NCBI GenBank assembly: GCA_964016885.1
Contig: OZ024741.1
Location: 379,626,001-379,690,000 of the forward strand
DNA: 64,000 nt
Direction of reading: 5' to 3'
Source: Eledone cirrhosa
Lineage: Eukaryota
Each line of letters starts with the position of its first letter. Position 1 is the stretch's first letter. Of the stretch, positions 1 through 14,200 are shown piece by piece. Under the pieces are notes generated by a model. That model was given only the letters and a program-made list of their open reading frames with translations. It ran no database searches and was not told the origin of the DNA. The position numbers and the translations under genes were made by a program.

Positions 1-32
1 ATGCAATCTGAGTTTTTCGAATATTAATAATT

Positions 33-216
33 GTTTCTTCCTTAGGCACAAGGCCAGCAATTACCCAGTGCATTACTGGTACTTTATTTTATCGACCCCG
101 TAAGGATGAAAGGCAAAGTCAACCCCGGCGGGATTTGAACTCAGATCGTAATGGGACGTAACTATGCTAGAAAGCATGGCGTCCGACACTCCACCGATAC
201 TGCCAATCCACCGCCC
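33..216 (-). mobile_element. tRNA-derived SINE (MetaSINE-like central domain), full length with TSD
   Basis: Minus strand reads GGGCGGTGGATTGGCAGTATCGG (A box), GAGTTCAAATCCC (B box), then the core GACTTTGCCTTTCATCCTTACGGGGTCGATAAAATAAAGTACCAG. An 18-bp TSD TTTTCGAATATTAATAAT lies at 14-31 and 222-239. Confidence 0.85.
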
Positions 217-803
217 TGATATTTTCGAATATTAATAATAACATTCAATTCGTTTGCAAGAATGAAGTGTTCATTTTACTGACATGGCTATAAAATTGAG
301 GCTTGTTTGCAAAATTGCAAATGAATCGAATGTTATCTCTCTATATACAACGCGGTAGATGTCTGTCTGTGTGTGTGTATGATTTTTATGTATTTCCACA
401 TTTCTCTAACGATATTGATGATTTGTTTTCCAATGTGCTTCAAATTTACCAAGTCAGGTCAACGCGTAATGAATTTGCCAAAAATGTCCAGCTTCTATGA
501 AAAAAATTCGATAAATCTAAATACATGCTGTTACCCTCTCTCTTACACGCTTCAATCCTCTCACTACTACCATCAAAAATCTAAGAAACTACATACATGT
601 TGCAACTCTCTCTATATATATATATATCACACACACACACACACACACATATATACATCTAAAGAGAGAAAGGGAAATGTAGAGAGAGAGAGTAAGATAG
701 GTCGTTATACAGAGAGAGATAGAGAGAGAAAGAATGGCGACGATTGCTGGTTCACACACATACACACACACAAACAAACACACATATATATAAAGACAGA
801 GAG

Positions 804-868
<65 letters not shown>

Positions 869-972
869 TCTGCGTGTTCTTTAGAAGAAGAGAGTGAGAA
901 GGTATGAGTGAGAGAGAGAGAGAGGGAGAGAGGGTATGAGAAAAAAGGGAGAGGGGGTTGAAAAAGAAAGAA

Positions 973-1023
973 AGTTTAAGCAAAGAATCGCTGCTTTCAA
1001 CATTAACGGGATCTTCTGAAACT
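973..1023 (-). ncRNA. Type I hammerhead motif (family a, core CAGAAGA) in a PLE pLTR fragment
   Basis: agttt-CAGAAGA-stem II (degraded)-GAAA-gca..tgc-TT-aaact; homologous to 49166-49216 and 63028-63078. Confidence 0.5.
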
Positions 1024-1384
1024 AATAAATTCACTCTGTGAACTCAGAATTGAATATTTTGAGAAACATTGCAACCGAAAGAAAACAGGAAGATGATATT
1101 TTGGTTCGATGATATTTTGCGCCGACGGACATACACATACATATACATACACAAACACAAATACATACACACACACAAATACACACACACACACGCGCGC
1201 ACGCGTGTGTGTGTAAACCCTATACATTTCTAGAGTATTTTCACCAAACTTAAGACATAGGTTACTTATGTACTCCCGATGGCCATGGGCACTTTCATGT
1301 TTCAAGATATTGATTATAGCGTCTCCTGGCAGATAACCCCCTTCAACCACTTCCTTCGAGTCGACTGAAGCACTGCAGTGCAAT

Positions 1385-1981
1385 GCAACAACACGTCATA
1401 ACTTCTGGAGTTCGCAACCGATTTTCACAAAACTTGATACATGGATTCGGTTTGTTCTACAGATGAATGTGAAAGGAACTTAACATTGTAACTTTAACAC
1501 AGCTACTGAGCAGCCCGGAGCAACCCCGGGCTTTACTGCTATATGCGATAAAGTTTTGCAGACAGACAGTCGGGCTGATAGACGATTGATGCTTGTAGAC
1601 AGATAGTCGTGTAGAGAGGTGATAGGCGATAAAATTGCTTCTTTTTTTTCTACATGTCCATCCAATTTCTTTGTTTCAAAATAATTGATATTTTGGTTAC
1701 GCTGATGTTTTTCTCTGAGACAAGTGTTGCAGTGTTTACATTTTCGATTTTTGTTAATAGATTACCAGTGCAGTTTTTATCCCCAGCATCCTCTTTTATT
1801 TTAACATTCAGGATATGGTTATGTGTTCTTAACTTCATAAGGCATACTGTTGGTTGAGGGAATATTAATCAAACGTACCACATGAAAGTCTATACAGTAG
1901 ACTCTACAGTTTTTAAGCCAAGAAAGGAACTTAACATTGTTACTTTAACACAGCTACTGAGCAGCCCTGAGCAACGCTAGT
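1385..1981 (+). mobile_element. Non-autonomous Helitron/Helentron-like remnant with two 3'-end copies
   Basis: The segment AAAGGAACTTAACATTGT..CAGCTACTGAGCAGCCC is duplicated at ~1472-1540 and ~1922-1981. It ends in a GC hairpin (GCCCGG-AGCAAC-CCCGGGC) or in CTAG, as rolling-circle element 3' ends do. Confidence 0.4.
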
Positions 1982-2013
1982 TATTAATATTCGAAAAACT
2001 CAGATTACATTTT

Positions 2014-2044
<31 letters not shown>

Positions 2045-2632
2045 GGTGGCTGCAAACTCGTTTTCGAGTACGGCCACTACTTAATATCCATGTAGGAGAA
2101 CCCCTACCGATGCGCTGAACGAGTGTGACTTTTTAGTCCAGCCAGCGACTTGAAAACTCTGACACAAACACTACACTTGTGACAATTATTGACACATAGT
2201 GTACATGGTACCATGTGACGACAAGTGCAGAGAGATCTCCAGATAGAAAGCAATGCCTGTGCCGTGAAGCTTTTATAGTGAGCAAAGGCACTGCACAAAG
2301 CCAGTCCCACTCTCTTAACCAAGATGATATTTACTAAAAAGAAGAACAAGTCAACATCATTGGATACCATCAGGGTTGCAGGTGTTATATCAGAGTTTTC
2401 CTTTTAGAATTCTGCCTTGACAAGGGCTAATGGGTCATCTCTCCCGGTGATTTTGGATGGCCATTGACTCTTAAGAGCTCCTCTGCCCTTTGACAGGATT
2501 TGTTTTCAGTCCTGTAGGATGTACAAAGTCACCCTCCTCACCAAGAAACCTTAGTGGGGTTGCCAGTTTAGTCGCCAATGACCCGACCATGAGACAGGTT
2601 GTACTGGGATACATGTTACCAGTAGCACCAAT

Positions 2633-2768
<136 letters not shown>

Positions 2769-3215
2769 TTATTTAATTCGTTTCATTATTGTTTTTTTCT
2801 TATTAAAATTTGAATGCTGATAAGATCAATGTTCATATGGAATAATAAACATGTATATTATTTAAGAAAATCTAGACAAGATTAGTGTTGTTAAATGTTT
2901 TCAAAATAATCACCTTTCTCGTCCAGGCACCGCTGATAAAAGTTCGTAGCAATTGCTGACTTCGTGGATCATTTTATTTGACATTTGGGAGTAATCACAT
3001 TTCGCCAGGTAACAATCACGCAATTTAAATTTTCGACCCATATTATCTTCATTAATCATTCAAAATCATTCAAATTGCTTAGAGATTTTTTGGGGAACGC
3101 ATCTTCGAAATATATATAATAAAATAAATATAGATGATATACAGTATTTATCATTCTTTTATGACTATTGTTATTGTTGTTGTTGTTATTAATATTATTA
3201 TTATTATTATTATTA

Positions 3216-3390
3216 TGACAGTGTCGGTAGAGTGTCGGACGCCATGCGTTGACGCATAGAGTTACGGCCCTTGCCATTCTGTGTTCAAATCCCGCCGAGG
3301 TTAACTTTGCCTTTCATCCTTACGGGGTCGATAAAATAAAGTACCAGTAATGAACTGGGTATTTGTTGGCGTTGTGCCAAAAGTAGAAAC
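3216..3390 (+). mobile_element. tRNA-derived SINE between (TTA)n tracts
   Basis: B box GTTCAAATCCC, conserved core, 3' end GTAGAAAC followed by (TTA)n at 3394-3436. Confidence 0.85.
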
Positions 3391-3393
3391 AAA

Positions 3394-3436
<43 letters not shown>

Positions 3437-6400
3437 TGCATTTATCTTGCTTTATGTTTATACGAGTTATCACCAAGTCACAACCAGTGACCTCAAGAGA
3501 CAACAAGGTCCGCCATGTTCAAGAAAGAACACACATATTCACACATGCATCCTTAGTGTTTAGACTTGTGATGTACTTATATTGACAGGATCTTCCTTAG
3601 TATATGGGCAGTTCCCATTAGTACTATCTTTTGTATTTCTCCTATACGCGGGTTTCCTGGGATTTGCGATAAGTAGTCGTTAGACCCCTTAGGTATCATT
3701 CCCAGAGCGCCTACAACCACTGGTATTGTTTTAGTTCTCAATTTCCACATTTTTCCAATTTCTATCTCCAGGTCCTTATACTTGCTCAATTTTTCAAATG
3801 TTTTTATAGATACATTCTTGTCTATTGGAACAGACATATCAATTAGCAGGCATACCCTCCTTTGAAAGTCCTTCAATATTATATCAGGTCTATTTGCATC
3901 TATTTTTCGGTCTGTTTGGATGCTAAAGTTCCACAAGATTGAGATGTGATCTTTTTCAAGTATGGGAGGTGGTTGATGCTCCCACCAATTCTTTTGATGG
4001 GGCAGGTCAAAATGCTTGCACATTATCCAATGTATGTATTGTGCAGCTCTGTCATGCCTGTTTAGGTATTCGGTTGGAGCTATAGGACTGCACATTGAAA
4101 TTATATGGTCAATGGTCTCTGGTTGTTTTTTGCATACACGGCATAATGGGCTGCACCCATTTTTTATTATGTTGGCTTGGTAATTTTTTGTTGGCAGACA
4201 CTGATCTTGTGCGGATATAATCAGTCCTTCAGTCTCCGATTTCAGTCCAGAGGATGCCAACCACTGATGGGTTAAAGTTTTGTCAACATCAGGATTGTTA
4301 GCTCGCTCTGGGTATTTTCCATACAGAGGCTTTTCTTGCCATTTCTTAGCCAGTTTCTGTAGCAGTTCTTTCTTTGCAGTTACTTTTACCTGCTTTGCTT
4401 TTTCTGTGTTTTCCATTTCAGCAGTAAATGGGACTTCTGAAATTTGTAGTCCATTACTGTATCTTTGTGCATCTTTTGTAACGGAATATGATCTTTTGGT
4501 GCTTTCGTGTTTCAAAACGAGTTTGATCATCCAATCATGTGATTCCCTTAGATATGTGGATAATCCAATTGTTGCAGTTTTCAACGCAATGTCTAACTGG
4601 ATTAACCCACGTCCTCCTTCTTTCCTAGGGAGATATATTCTATCTATGTCTGCCTTAGGGTGATGCATTCTGTGCATGGTTAAGAATTTTCGGATTTTTG
4701 TATCGAGCCTACGGATCTCTGTGCTTGACCAGTTGATGACATTGTAACTGTAGGTTACTACTGGTATGGCAAGCGTGTTTATGGCATCGATCCTATTCCT
4801 TGCATTCAATTCCGTTCTTAAGATTGCTCTGACTCTGCGGTAACATTCCTTCCTTATCCTTTCCCTCATTGTCGAGTGCTTGATTCCGTCTCCTTCACAA
4901 ACACCTAGATATTTGTAAGTTTGTTCTTGATCAAGCTCTCTTATCACGTTCCCCCGATCAAGATTAATGTCTGAACTCTTCAGCAGCTTTCCTCTGGTGA
5001 ACGTTGCTTTGGCGCATTTATCCAGTCCAAACTCCATTTTAATGTCATCACTGAACTGCTTCACAGTGGATAATAGCCCTTGCAATTGTTCATCATTTTT
5101 TGCAAATAGTTTCAGGTCATCCATGTAGAACAGGTGATTAATGGTTTTGTCATAGACTCTATATCCATGTTTTGTTTCATTGAGCAGTTTACTTAATGGT
5201 ATAAGTGCGATGCAGAATAAAAGCGGTGATAAAGAGTCACCCTGAAAAATTCCGCAATTAATGTTAACTTCTCCAGCTTCCAGTGATTTTGTTTCACTAT
5301 TCAAAAGGAGTGTCGTTCTCCATGTCCTCATACTGAATGACAAAAACCTCCTGATAACGGGGGATATTTTGAAAATCTCTAAACATTTTTCAATCCAACT
5401 GTGTGGCAAACTATCAAATGCTTTTTTATAATCTATCCAAGCAATCGATAGATTTTTGTGTCTATTATGACAATCTTCCAGTATCATTTTGTTAACCAGA
5501 AGCTGATCCTTACAGCCATATGAGCCTCGTTTACACCCTTTCTGCTCAGTGGGAAATAGGTCATTTGTTATCAGGTGGTCATATGTGTATTCAGTTAGGA
5601 CTGATGTTAAAATTTTATACATTGTGGTCAAGCAGGTTATCGGTCTGTAATTTTTGGGATTGTTTGTCTCATCATTCTTCGGTAGCAGGAATGTAATGCC
5701 GTTAACTAGCCATGATGGTATCTTTTCTGGCTCCTTAACTATTTCATTGTAAAGTTGGGCTAACAGCTCATGAGACTCTGTGAAGGCATTTATCCAAAAG
5801 TTTTGTATTTTGTCTTTTCCTGGGGATTTCCATTTGCTGGTTTTTCTTAGAGCCAAGCGCAGCTGTTCAACTGTTATATTTTCCCATGTTTGTTCTTCAA
5901 GGTGAGCTGTTTCTTTCATTTGTCTGTCTATCCATGAGGCATGTATGTTATGAACTTTTTCTTCGGCCCAGATCTTTTCCCAGAATTCTTGCACTTCCTC
6001 CTTGGGTGGTATTGATTTAGCAGTTATTGTTGACTTACCAATTTTTCTGTAGAAGTTTCTTTGGTTGTTTTTGAACATATTATTGTCCTTATAGAATCTA
6101 GATCGTTTTTCAAAGCGCCTTATACGAGCAGCTTTGGCCGACACTTTTTGCTTGATTGTTTCTATCAGCATGTCTATGTCACATGTTGATCTTATACTGT
6201 ACTTTTTTTTCAATTTTCTAAGTTTAGTTTGTTTAACATGTTCACCTACTTTATAGTTTGTTAAAATTTCTATGTCAGATCGGAGAAGGTTTATTTGGCG
6301 ATTGATGTTATCTTGCCAAGTAGATTTCTTGTGGGAATTCCTTTGTTTTTTCATCTTCACTCCACATAAGTGAGTGGTGACTTTAGCCGATGCATAATAG

Positions 6401-6835
6401 AGATGATTTAAGTCAGTAATGCTTAGTTTGTTTGTGATGATAATGTTTTTGAGAATTATGTTTGTCTTGTGTATTATCTTTTGGTTCTGTTTGGAGTTCT
6501 GGATCTTAGGGAGGGTGTCTCGTTCCCCCATGTCAGATTCTTTCATTTTCATCCATTCGATCATAATTTCATCCTTCAAGTTGGCAAGTTCATTCTCATT
6601 CATTTCTTTATCATTTACGATCTCATTATTTTCATTTGGAGTTTCATCCTGAGCATGCACTCCCTCCACTTTTTCGCTCCTTTCTTTAATTTGTTCTGTT
6701 GCCAGTGATTCCGCCCCAACTCTGGGATTCGAAGTGTTACAGTTTACCTCGTTTTCACTGACACATGCTTCATTTTCCCTTCGCTGACTTTGTGCTACTA
6801 GCTTGATCTGATCAATTTCTATATCAGTTAGTAAC

Positions 6836-6837
<2 letters not shown>
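3437..6837 (-). mobile_element. Dong/R4-clade non-LTR retrotransposon copy A, 5'-truncated, inserted in (TAA)n
   Basis: Flanked on both sides by (TTA)n (3394-3436, 6838-6897); single RT + REL ORF; ~140-bp 3' UTR. Confidence 0.85.
3577..6837 (-). CDS. Reverse transcriptase + CCHC + restriction-like endonuclease polyprotein (~1086 aa, N-terminally truncated)
   Basis: RT motifs NYRPITCL, WIDYKKAFDSLPH, GIFQGDSLSPLLF, FYMDDLKL and YKYLG; CRVC..H....C knuckle; RHD; REL motif RPD..ID..K..KY. The first 25 codons of the track ORF (MNETQ + poly-I) come from the flank and the (ATA)n tract. Confidence 0.9.
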
Positions 6838-6897
<60 letters not shown>

Positions 6898-6898
<1 letters not shown>

Positions 6899-9800
6899 TG
6901 AGTCTCATTCATTGATGTTATTTAACTGGAGAGTTTGTTGAAATGAATATCAGGCCGCTACCTGCAGCCTCAGATAGTCAAGAGGTATTGGAGCGTTCTT
7001 GCTGTTCCTAGCAAGCATGTCTTTTGAAGTGTTCTCTAAAATCGGGGCTGGACTAATCTTCTTTAACCTTCCTTGGAAACTCTTTGAGATAGTACCTAGT
7101 GCGCCTATGACAATCTGGACGACATTGAATTCATGGCGGTTCCAAATCCTTTATACCTCCCAATTTAAGTCCTGGTATCGGTTAATTGTCTCCCTCTCCT
7201 TTCCTTGCACTCTCGCGTCAAATGGCCAGGCTACATGTACAATCAGGTACGATCATTTGCCCTTGTCCAAAATCACCAGGTCAGGCCTATTGCGTTCTAA
7301 TTTCTTGTCCGTCTGTATCCTAAAATCCCATAGCACCTTCACCAGATCGTTTTCTATCACTGACTCTGGCTTATGCTCCTACCACTTCTCAATGTGGTAA
7401 ATTGTTTACTTTGCATAGGTGCAAGTGGATCACCCTTCCCATCACATCATGTCTCCAGCCTTTATAGTGAGTCTGGGCTAGGTGTTTACACTCGGATACA
7501 ATGGGAGCCACAGTCTCCTCTCTCTCCACAGATCCTACACAGTGGGCTAGCCTTCTTTTTGTAAATATGGTGTTTCACCCACTTCGTTCTGAGGGACTGT
7601 TATTGCGCAGCCATTAGCTTTCCTTCTGTAGCCTTTTTAAGGTCTCCTCCTTTTAACCAGTTCCATGTCTGTGGATCTATGAATTCAGTTTTCTTAAAGA
7701 AGGTACTCTGAAGGGATTTATCATGAAGGTTGCTCTTCCTCCTTGTTTTTTTATTTCCTCCTTGGACTTCCCCTGGTCTATTGTCTTCTCCTTCAGTACA
7801 ATTTTGAGCATTGGCTCCCTACTGTCAGTCACATATTTGTGCAGGTTGTTTTTTTCCATCTGAACACAGTCATCTATGCTGATAAGACATCTTCCACCTT
7901 CAAATCTCTTTAAGTAGAGTCTATCGACATCACTCGTCTTGTGGAACAAGTTGTAGATAGTCAATAGCTTCCTAGTCTTCCTATCCATTTCTTTTTGTTC
8001 AGCAACATACCATCTCAGAATTCCCGCACTGTACCTAATAATAGACACAGCTCGGAAATTCACTGCACTTATGACATTCCTACTATTTAGATGTGATTTT
8101 AATACGCTCCTTACACTCCTAATGTACTCAGATCTTATCAATTCCATCATTTCTTTGTTCTTGATGTCATCTGCCTATAGAACACCTAAAAATGTATATC
8201 CTTCTTCGGTGTCAATTTCCTTTATCACCTATTGGTACTTAGATACCCCTCTTCCTCATTAGGACTCAACACTAATTAATACCGAATTCTATATATATAT
8301 ATCATTGCCGAAAATACGGACAGTGTCAGCGAGTACATCCAACTCCTTCTCACTCTTCCCAAAGAGTTTAAGATCGTCTATGAAGAGGAGGTGGTTGATG
8401 GTAAGCTCTCCTTTTCCCAACTTGTACCTGCTTTCACTTTTCGCAGTATAATGGTCAGGGGGTATTAGGGCAAGGACAAACAACAGAGGGGACAAACCAT
8501 CTCCCTGGATGATACCTCTCTTGATCTTCACGCCTCACAAGGATTCTCCACCCGATGTTAACTATGTTTTCCAGGACTTCATACTTTTGCTCAACAACTG
8601 CCTGATGTTATCTGCCACCTTGAAGATCTCTAGGCGTTTGGTTATCCAAGAATGATGTACCATGTCGAATGCCTTTTTGTAATCTATCCATCCCATGGCA
8701 AGACCAGTGTGTCTCCACTTGCAATTCATCATTACCATCTTATCAATAAGTAGCTGGTCTTTTGTACCACGGGACTTCTTTCGGCATCCTATCTGTTCGT
8801 TGGTAACAAGTTGTTTATGTGGAGGTGATCAAGTGGTTGCCTCTTTCTTTCCCTTCAAGCTGTCCAAACAACATCTTCTGGTTGTTGTCAAACCTGTGAT
8901 TCTGTCTATACTGACTGACTCTGCCTCATACCGCCTAATATTTGCCATTTTTGCTACAATGCGTTGCTTCAGTTCCTCTGTGATAATATTTAGCTTTTCT
9001 CCCTAGTTGTGTACTTTATTTCCAAACTATTTTTAGTGTCTGTGTTATGTAATGTCACATTCAGTAAAGACTCAAGGTCTCCAATGTCTTCTCTCATATC
9101 TTGATTTGACCATTCAGTCGTTTCTTCCACCAATGTTCTGATCTTTCTTATTTGTTGTTCCTCTCGTTTTTATGCCAAGTAATTTCCTCACCACATTTGC
9201 TGTTGCTTTGAAGGTATTGATGCATTGGTGAAGGTTCCTCGCCTCAAGGTATGGGATGATTTTGTTTACCTTAGCTGTTGTTTCTTTTAACTTTTTCCTG
9301 TCTACAAATCTTAGGTTCATAGGTTTTCCACTATCATTGTTAATTTCATCTACCACTAAGTTCAGCATATCAACCAAATCTTGTACTAGCCCGTCAGCAT
9401 TCATTTCCTCAATGGCTGTATCTTTGTTCCAGATGTTATTTATTTCAGCATTCACATCAATGTCTGCTTCGGATGATTCCTCAGGTCTCTTAACCTCTTC
9501 ACCTACATTTACCCCTGGCTCGTTTGCCTGACATACTCCACTATGCATTTCCAACTCAATCTCTCTGCTCAGTTCATCAGTTCCAACTCGTTTATCCATC
9601 CATTAATTCTTATACCCGAGCCTGCCCGGCCAATTTTTGTTCATCTTATTTAAATAGACCAATGTCTTTCCAGATGTTATGCACATGTTTCCTATAGCCT
9701 TTTTCCATCGCATTACTCTGCAGCTAACATTCCATGACACTTCTATTCAATTCTTTCGTTCAGTTGGTTCTTGTCCCTTTCTTTCTTCTTCCTCCAACAC

Positions 9801-11204
9801 CAGCAGTATTTTGATGACAGTCAGGTCCCTGCTGCTGGGCCAGGGTGCACTTGCTGGGTGACAGTCTTTCACATGACGTTCCAGTCTCCTCTTCACCGTT
9901 ATTTGAACTGTTTAGGTTCGACATTTAAACACTCATATCGAAGATTGGTGAATGTATGGTTACATAACCACCGGTGATTTCATCCTCCCCAGTGATTTCA
10001 TCACCCCGGTGATTTTAGCGTGGCACCATCAGGCTGTAGACGAACATAAATGAATAAACAAATAAATAAATAAAAAAAATTAAAAAAATAAACATTTATT
10101 TTTTTCCTTTTTGTTTTTCAAGGTCAGTAACATCGGCTACTAGTGTTGTTGTTGCTGCTGCTGTTGTTTTTCATTTTAGCTAAGAGGGAATTAGGGGTTG
10201 TTGCATTCAAAACTTTTGAAATTTGTTTTTCTTTTGTTGTTGCATTTGTTTTTGTCTGTGTTCTGTTCTGTAATATTTCGACTTGTTGTTTATCATTATT
10301 ATTGTGAATTAAAGTACCAGTAATGCACTGGGTATTTGTTGGCCTTGTGCCTAAATGTAAAAACAATTATTATTGTGAATTAGCAGTATTGGTAGAAGGT
10401 CAGACATGCTTTCCAGCGTAGTTACGTCACTTTACGATCTCAGTTAAAATCCCGCCGAATTTAACTTTGCCTTTGATCCTTACGGGATCGATAAAATAAA
10501 GTACCAGGAATACACTGGTTAATTGCTGGCCTTGTGCGAAAAGTAGAAACAATTATTATTATTATATTATAGTTTAGATTTAACATCGTTTAAAGTTTAA
10601 ACGAGTTTAAACTTTAAACTAAACATTTTGAGAGAGTTTAGAGATACAACAACAATAATTATTATGGTGTTGGTGTTAGCTATTTGACCGGGTCACAAAA
10701 TTAGTCTACTTATAACTTTTGGTGCCTTCCTCGATTGTAGTCATGTGTAGTTGCACTAATACCATCCCTCTCTTAACAGGAGCTAGTGAGGGAATAGTGG
10801 TGGTAGCGATGATGCAGTGGTGACTGTGGTGATGGGATAATAGTTCTGTAGTGATGCTGTTGGTTTGTATCTAGCTAAATTTGTTGTGGTAGTGGTGGTG
10901 GTGGCGGCGAAGTTGGTGGTGTTGGTGGTGAAATTATTTGGCTGTTGTTTTCTTCTATTTGTGACCATTTGTAACCATTTTCTTTTTTGACGATAAAATG
11001 TCTGGTAAAAAATTAAATATTAAATATTGGAACCCTATGCCTTAATATTATGCGTTGTTACTTCCTGGGAGTGAAGACTGGTGCCTTACGTCCCATTTGT
11101 AATAATAATTATTCTATCACACTTGTTTTAAATATGAAAAACATCAAAAACATACAGGAGCGATTCCATATCATTTTATCCACCATGTGCGTATTCTTAT
11201 CCGC

Positions 11205-11206
<2 letters not shown>
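6898..11206 (-). mobile_element. Dong/R4-clade copy B, decayed, with internal deletion
   Basis: Frameshifted RT/REL fragments (GIIQGDGLSPLLF, LFIDDLKLF, DVDRLYL). Collinear with copy C except for a ~440-bp deletion at ~8830. The upstream sequence up to the (TTA)n at 11208 resembles that of copy C, so the 5' boundary is inferred. Confidence 0.75.
10311..10550 (+). mobile_element. SINE 3' fragment (10311-10364) plus near-full SINE (10381-10550)
   Basis: Same core and GTAGAAAC(AATT) 3' end as the other copies. Confidence 0.8.
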
Positions 11207-11287
<81 letters not shown>

Positions 11288-11289
11288 TT

Positions 11290-14200
11290 TGAGCCTAAGT
11301 CATTGATGTTAGTTAATTGGAAAGTTTGTTGAAATGAATATCAAGCCAATACCTGCAGCCTCAGATATTCAGGACGTATCGGAGAGTTCTTGCTGTTCCC
11401 AGCAAACATGCCTTTTGAAGTGTTCCAAAAAGCGGGGCGGGGCCAATTTTATTTACCCATCCCTGGGAACATTTTGAGATAGTACCTAGTGTGCCTATGA
11501 CAATCGGGACCACTTTGACTTCATGGCAGTTCCAAATCATTTTTACCTCCCACTTTAAGTCCTGGTATCGGTTAATTTTCTCCCTCTCCTTCTCTTGTAC
11601 TTTCGTGTCGAATGGGCAGGCCACATCCACAATCAGGCACGATATTTTTTCCTTGTCCAAAACCACCAGGTCAGGTCTATTGTGTTCCAGTTTCTTGTCT
11701 GTCTGTATCCTTAAATCCCACAGCACCTTCACCTGATTGTTTTCTATCACCGACTCTGGTTTATGCTCATACCACTTCGCAGAATGTGGTGAATTGTTTA
11801 CTTTGCATAGGTGCCAGTGGATCACACTGCACATCACATCATGTCTCCAGCCTTTATAGTGAGTCTGGGCTAGGTGTTTACACACGGATACAATGTGAGC
11901 CACAGTCTCCTCTCTCTCCACAGATCCTGCACAGTGGGCTAGCCTCCTCCTTGTAAATATGGTGTTTCAGCCACTTCGTTTTGAAGGCCTGCTCTTGCGC
12001 AGCCATTAGCATTCCTTCTGTAGCCTTTTTAAGGTCTCCTCTTCTCAACCAGTTCCACGTCTGTGGATCTCTGAATTCCGTTTTCTCAAAGAAGGTACTA
12101 TGAAGGGATTTTTCATGAAGGTTGCTCTTTCTCCTCGTTGTTATTTCCTCCTTGGACATCTCCTGGTCTATTGTCCTCTCCTTCAATACAATTCTGAGCA
12201 TTGGCTCCTTACTACCGGTTGTTTTTCTCCATCTGAACACAGTCCTCTATGCTGATGAGACCTCTTCCACCTTCAGATCTCCTTAAGTAGAGTCTATCGA
12301 CATCACTTCCCTTGTGGATCATGTTGTAGATAGTCAACAACTTCCTAGTCTTCCTATCCATTTCTTTTTGTTCAGCAACATTCCGTCTCAGAATTCCCGC
12401 ACTGTACCTAATAATAGACACAGCTCGGGAATTTACTGCACTTATGGCATTCCTACTGTTCAGATGTTATTTTAATACGCTCCTTACTCGCCGAATGTAT
12501 TCAGTTCTTAACAATTCCTTCATTTTTTTTTGTTCTTGATGTCATCAGCCTCCAGAATACCCAAATACTTGTATCCTTCTTCAGTGTCAATTTCTTTTAT
12601 CATCTCACCTGTTAGTACCTGGATTCCGTTGCTTCTGCTCAATTTACCCCTCTTCATCACAAGGACTCCACACTTTCAAATACCAAATTGCATAAATATA
12701 TCATTGCTGAAAATACGGACAATGTCGACAAGCACATCCAACTCCTTCTCACTCTTTCCGAAGAGCTTAAGATCGTCCATGAAGAGGAGGTGATTGATGG
12801 TAAGCTCTCCTTTTCCCAACTTGTATCCTGCTCCCACTTTTCGCAGTATAATGGTCAGGGAAAGGACAAACAACAGAGGGGATAGACTATCTTCCTAGAA
12901 GATACCTCTCTTGATCTTCACGCCACCCAAGGATTCTCCAGCTGATGTTAACTCTGTTTTCCAGGACTTCATACTTTTGCTCAACAACTGTCTGATGTTA
13001 TCTGCCACCTTGAATATCTCTAGGCTTTTGGTGATCCAAGAATGAGGCACCATGTCAAATGCCTTTTTGGAGTCTATCCATCCCATGGCAAGACCAGTGT
13101 GTCTCTTCTTGCAATTCCTCATTACCATCTTATCAATAAGTAACTGGTCCTCTGTACCACGTGACTTCTTTCGGCATTCTTTCTATTCGTCCGGTAACAA
13201 GTTGTTTGTGTGGAGGTGATGGTAGATTTCCTCAGACACAATACTTGTCAACAGTTTCCTCATTAGGGACAGACATGTGATAGGTCTATATTTGGTAACA
13301 TCATTACCCTTGATTCGGTCTTTTATTACCAGAACAGTGGTACCTTTTGTCAACCACTCTGGTACCTCACCTGCCATCAAGCAGTCATTGAACATGGTTG
13401 TCAGTTTCGGGTGGAGGGATATTAATGTTTAATCCAATACCCCTGCACACCATCTGGGCCTGGTGATTTCCAGTTGGTTAGTTTTTTGGCCTGCCCCTTG
13501 AGAGTTTCAACTGTGATACTCAAATCAGTTTGTTGCTGTTCCTGTTCACTAATCTCCTTTTGTACTGTCTCAATCCACACTGCCTGGTCATTATGTTTAA
13601 CATCCTGCTCCCATATTCCTCTCCAGAATGTCCTAGATTGTTCCGCCTCAGGGATCAAGTCGTTGCCGCTTACTTTCCCTTCAAGCTGTCCAAACTACAT
13701 CTTCTTGTTGTTGTCAAACATTCGGTTATGTCTATACTGACTGACTCTGCTCTCGTATCGCCTAATCTGTCCACTCTTTGCTACAATGCGTTGCTTCAGT
13801 TCCTCTATGATAATATTTAGCATTTTCCTCCTAGTTTTGTACTTTATTTCCAGTCTATTTTTATTCAGTCGTTTCTTTCACCAAGGTTCTGATCTTTCTT
13901 GTTTGTTGTTTCCTCTTGCTTATATGCCAAGTAATTTCCTCAGCGCATTTGCTGTTGCTTTGAGGATATTGTTGCACTTGTGAAGGCTCCTCGCCTCGAG
14001 GTATGGGATGACTTTGTTTACCTTAGCTGTTGTTTCTTTTAACTTGTTCCTGTCTACAAATCTTAGGTTCATAGGTTTCTCACTATCATTGTTCATTTCA
14101 TCTACCACTAAGTTTAGGATATCAACCAAATCTTGTCCTAGCCCGTCAGCATTCATCTCCTCAATGGCCGTATCTTTGTTCCAGGTATTATTTATTTCAA

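Noticed and set aside
4280-4663. Antisense ORFs over LINE and PLE coding regions
   Set aside because: These are shadow ORFs of the opposite-strand coding sequence with no independent motifs.
6838-6912. Poly-Ile N-terminus as a signal or transmembrane segment
   Set aside because: It is the (ATA)n target microsatellite plus flank, not element coding sequence.
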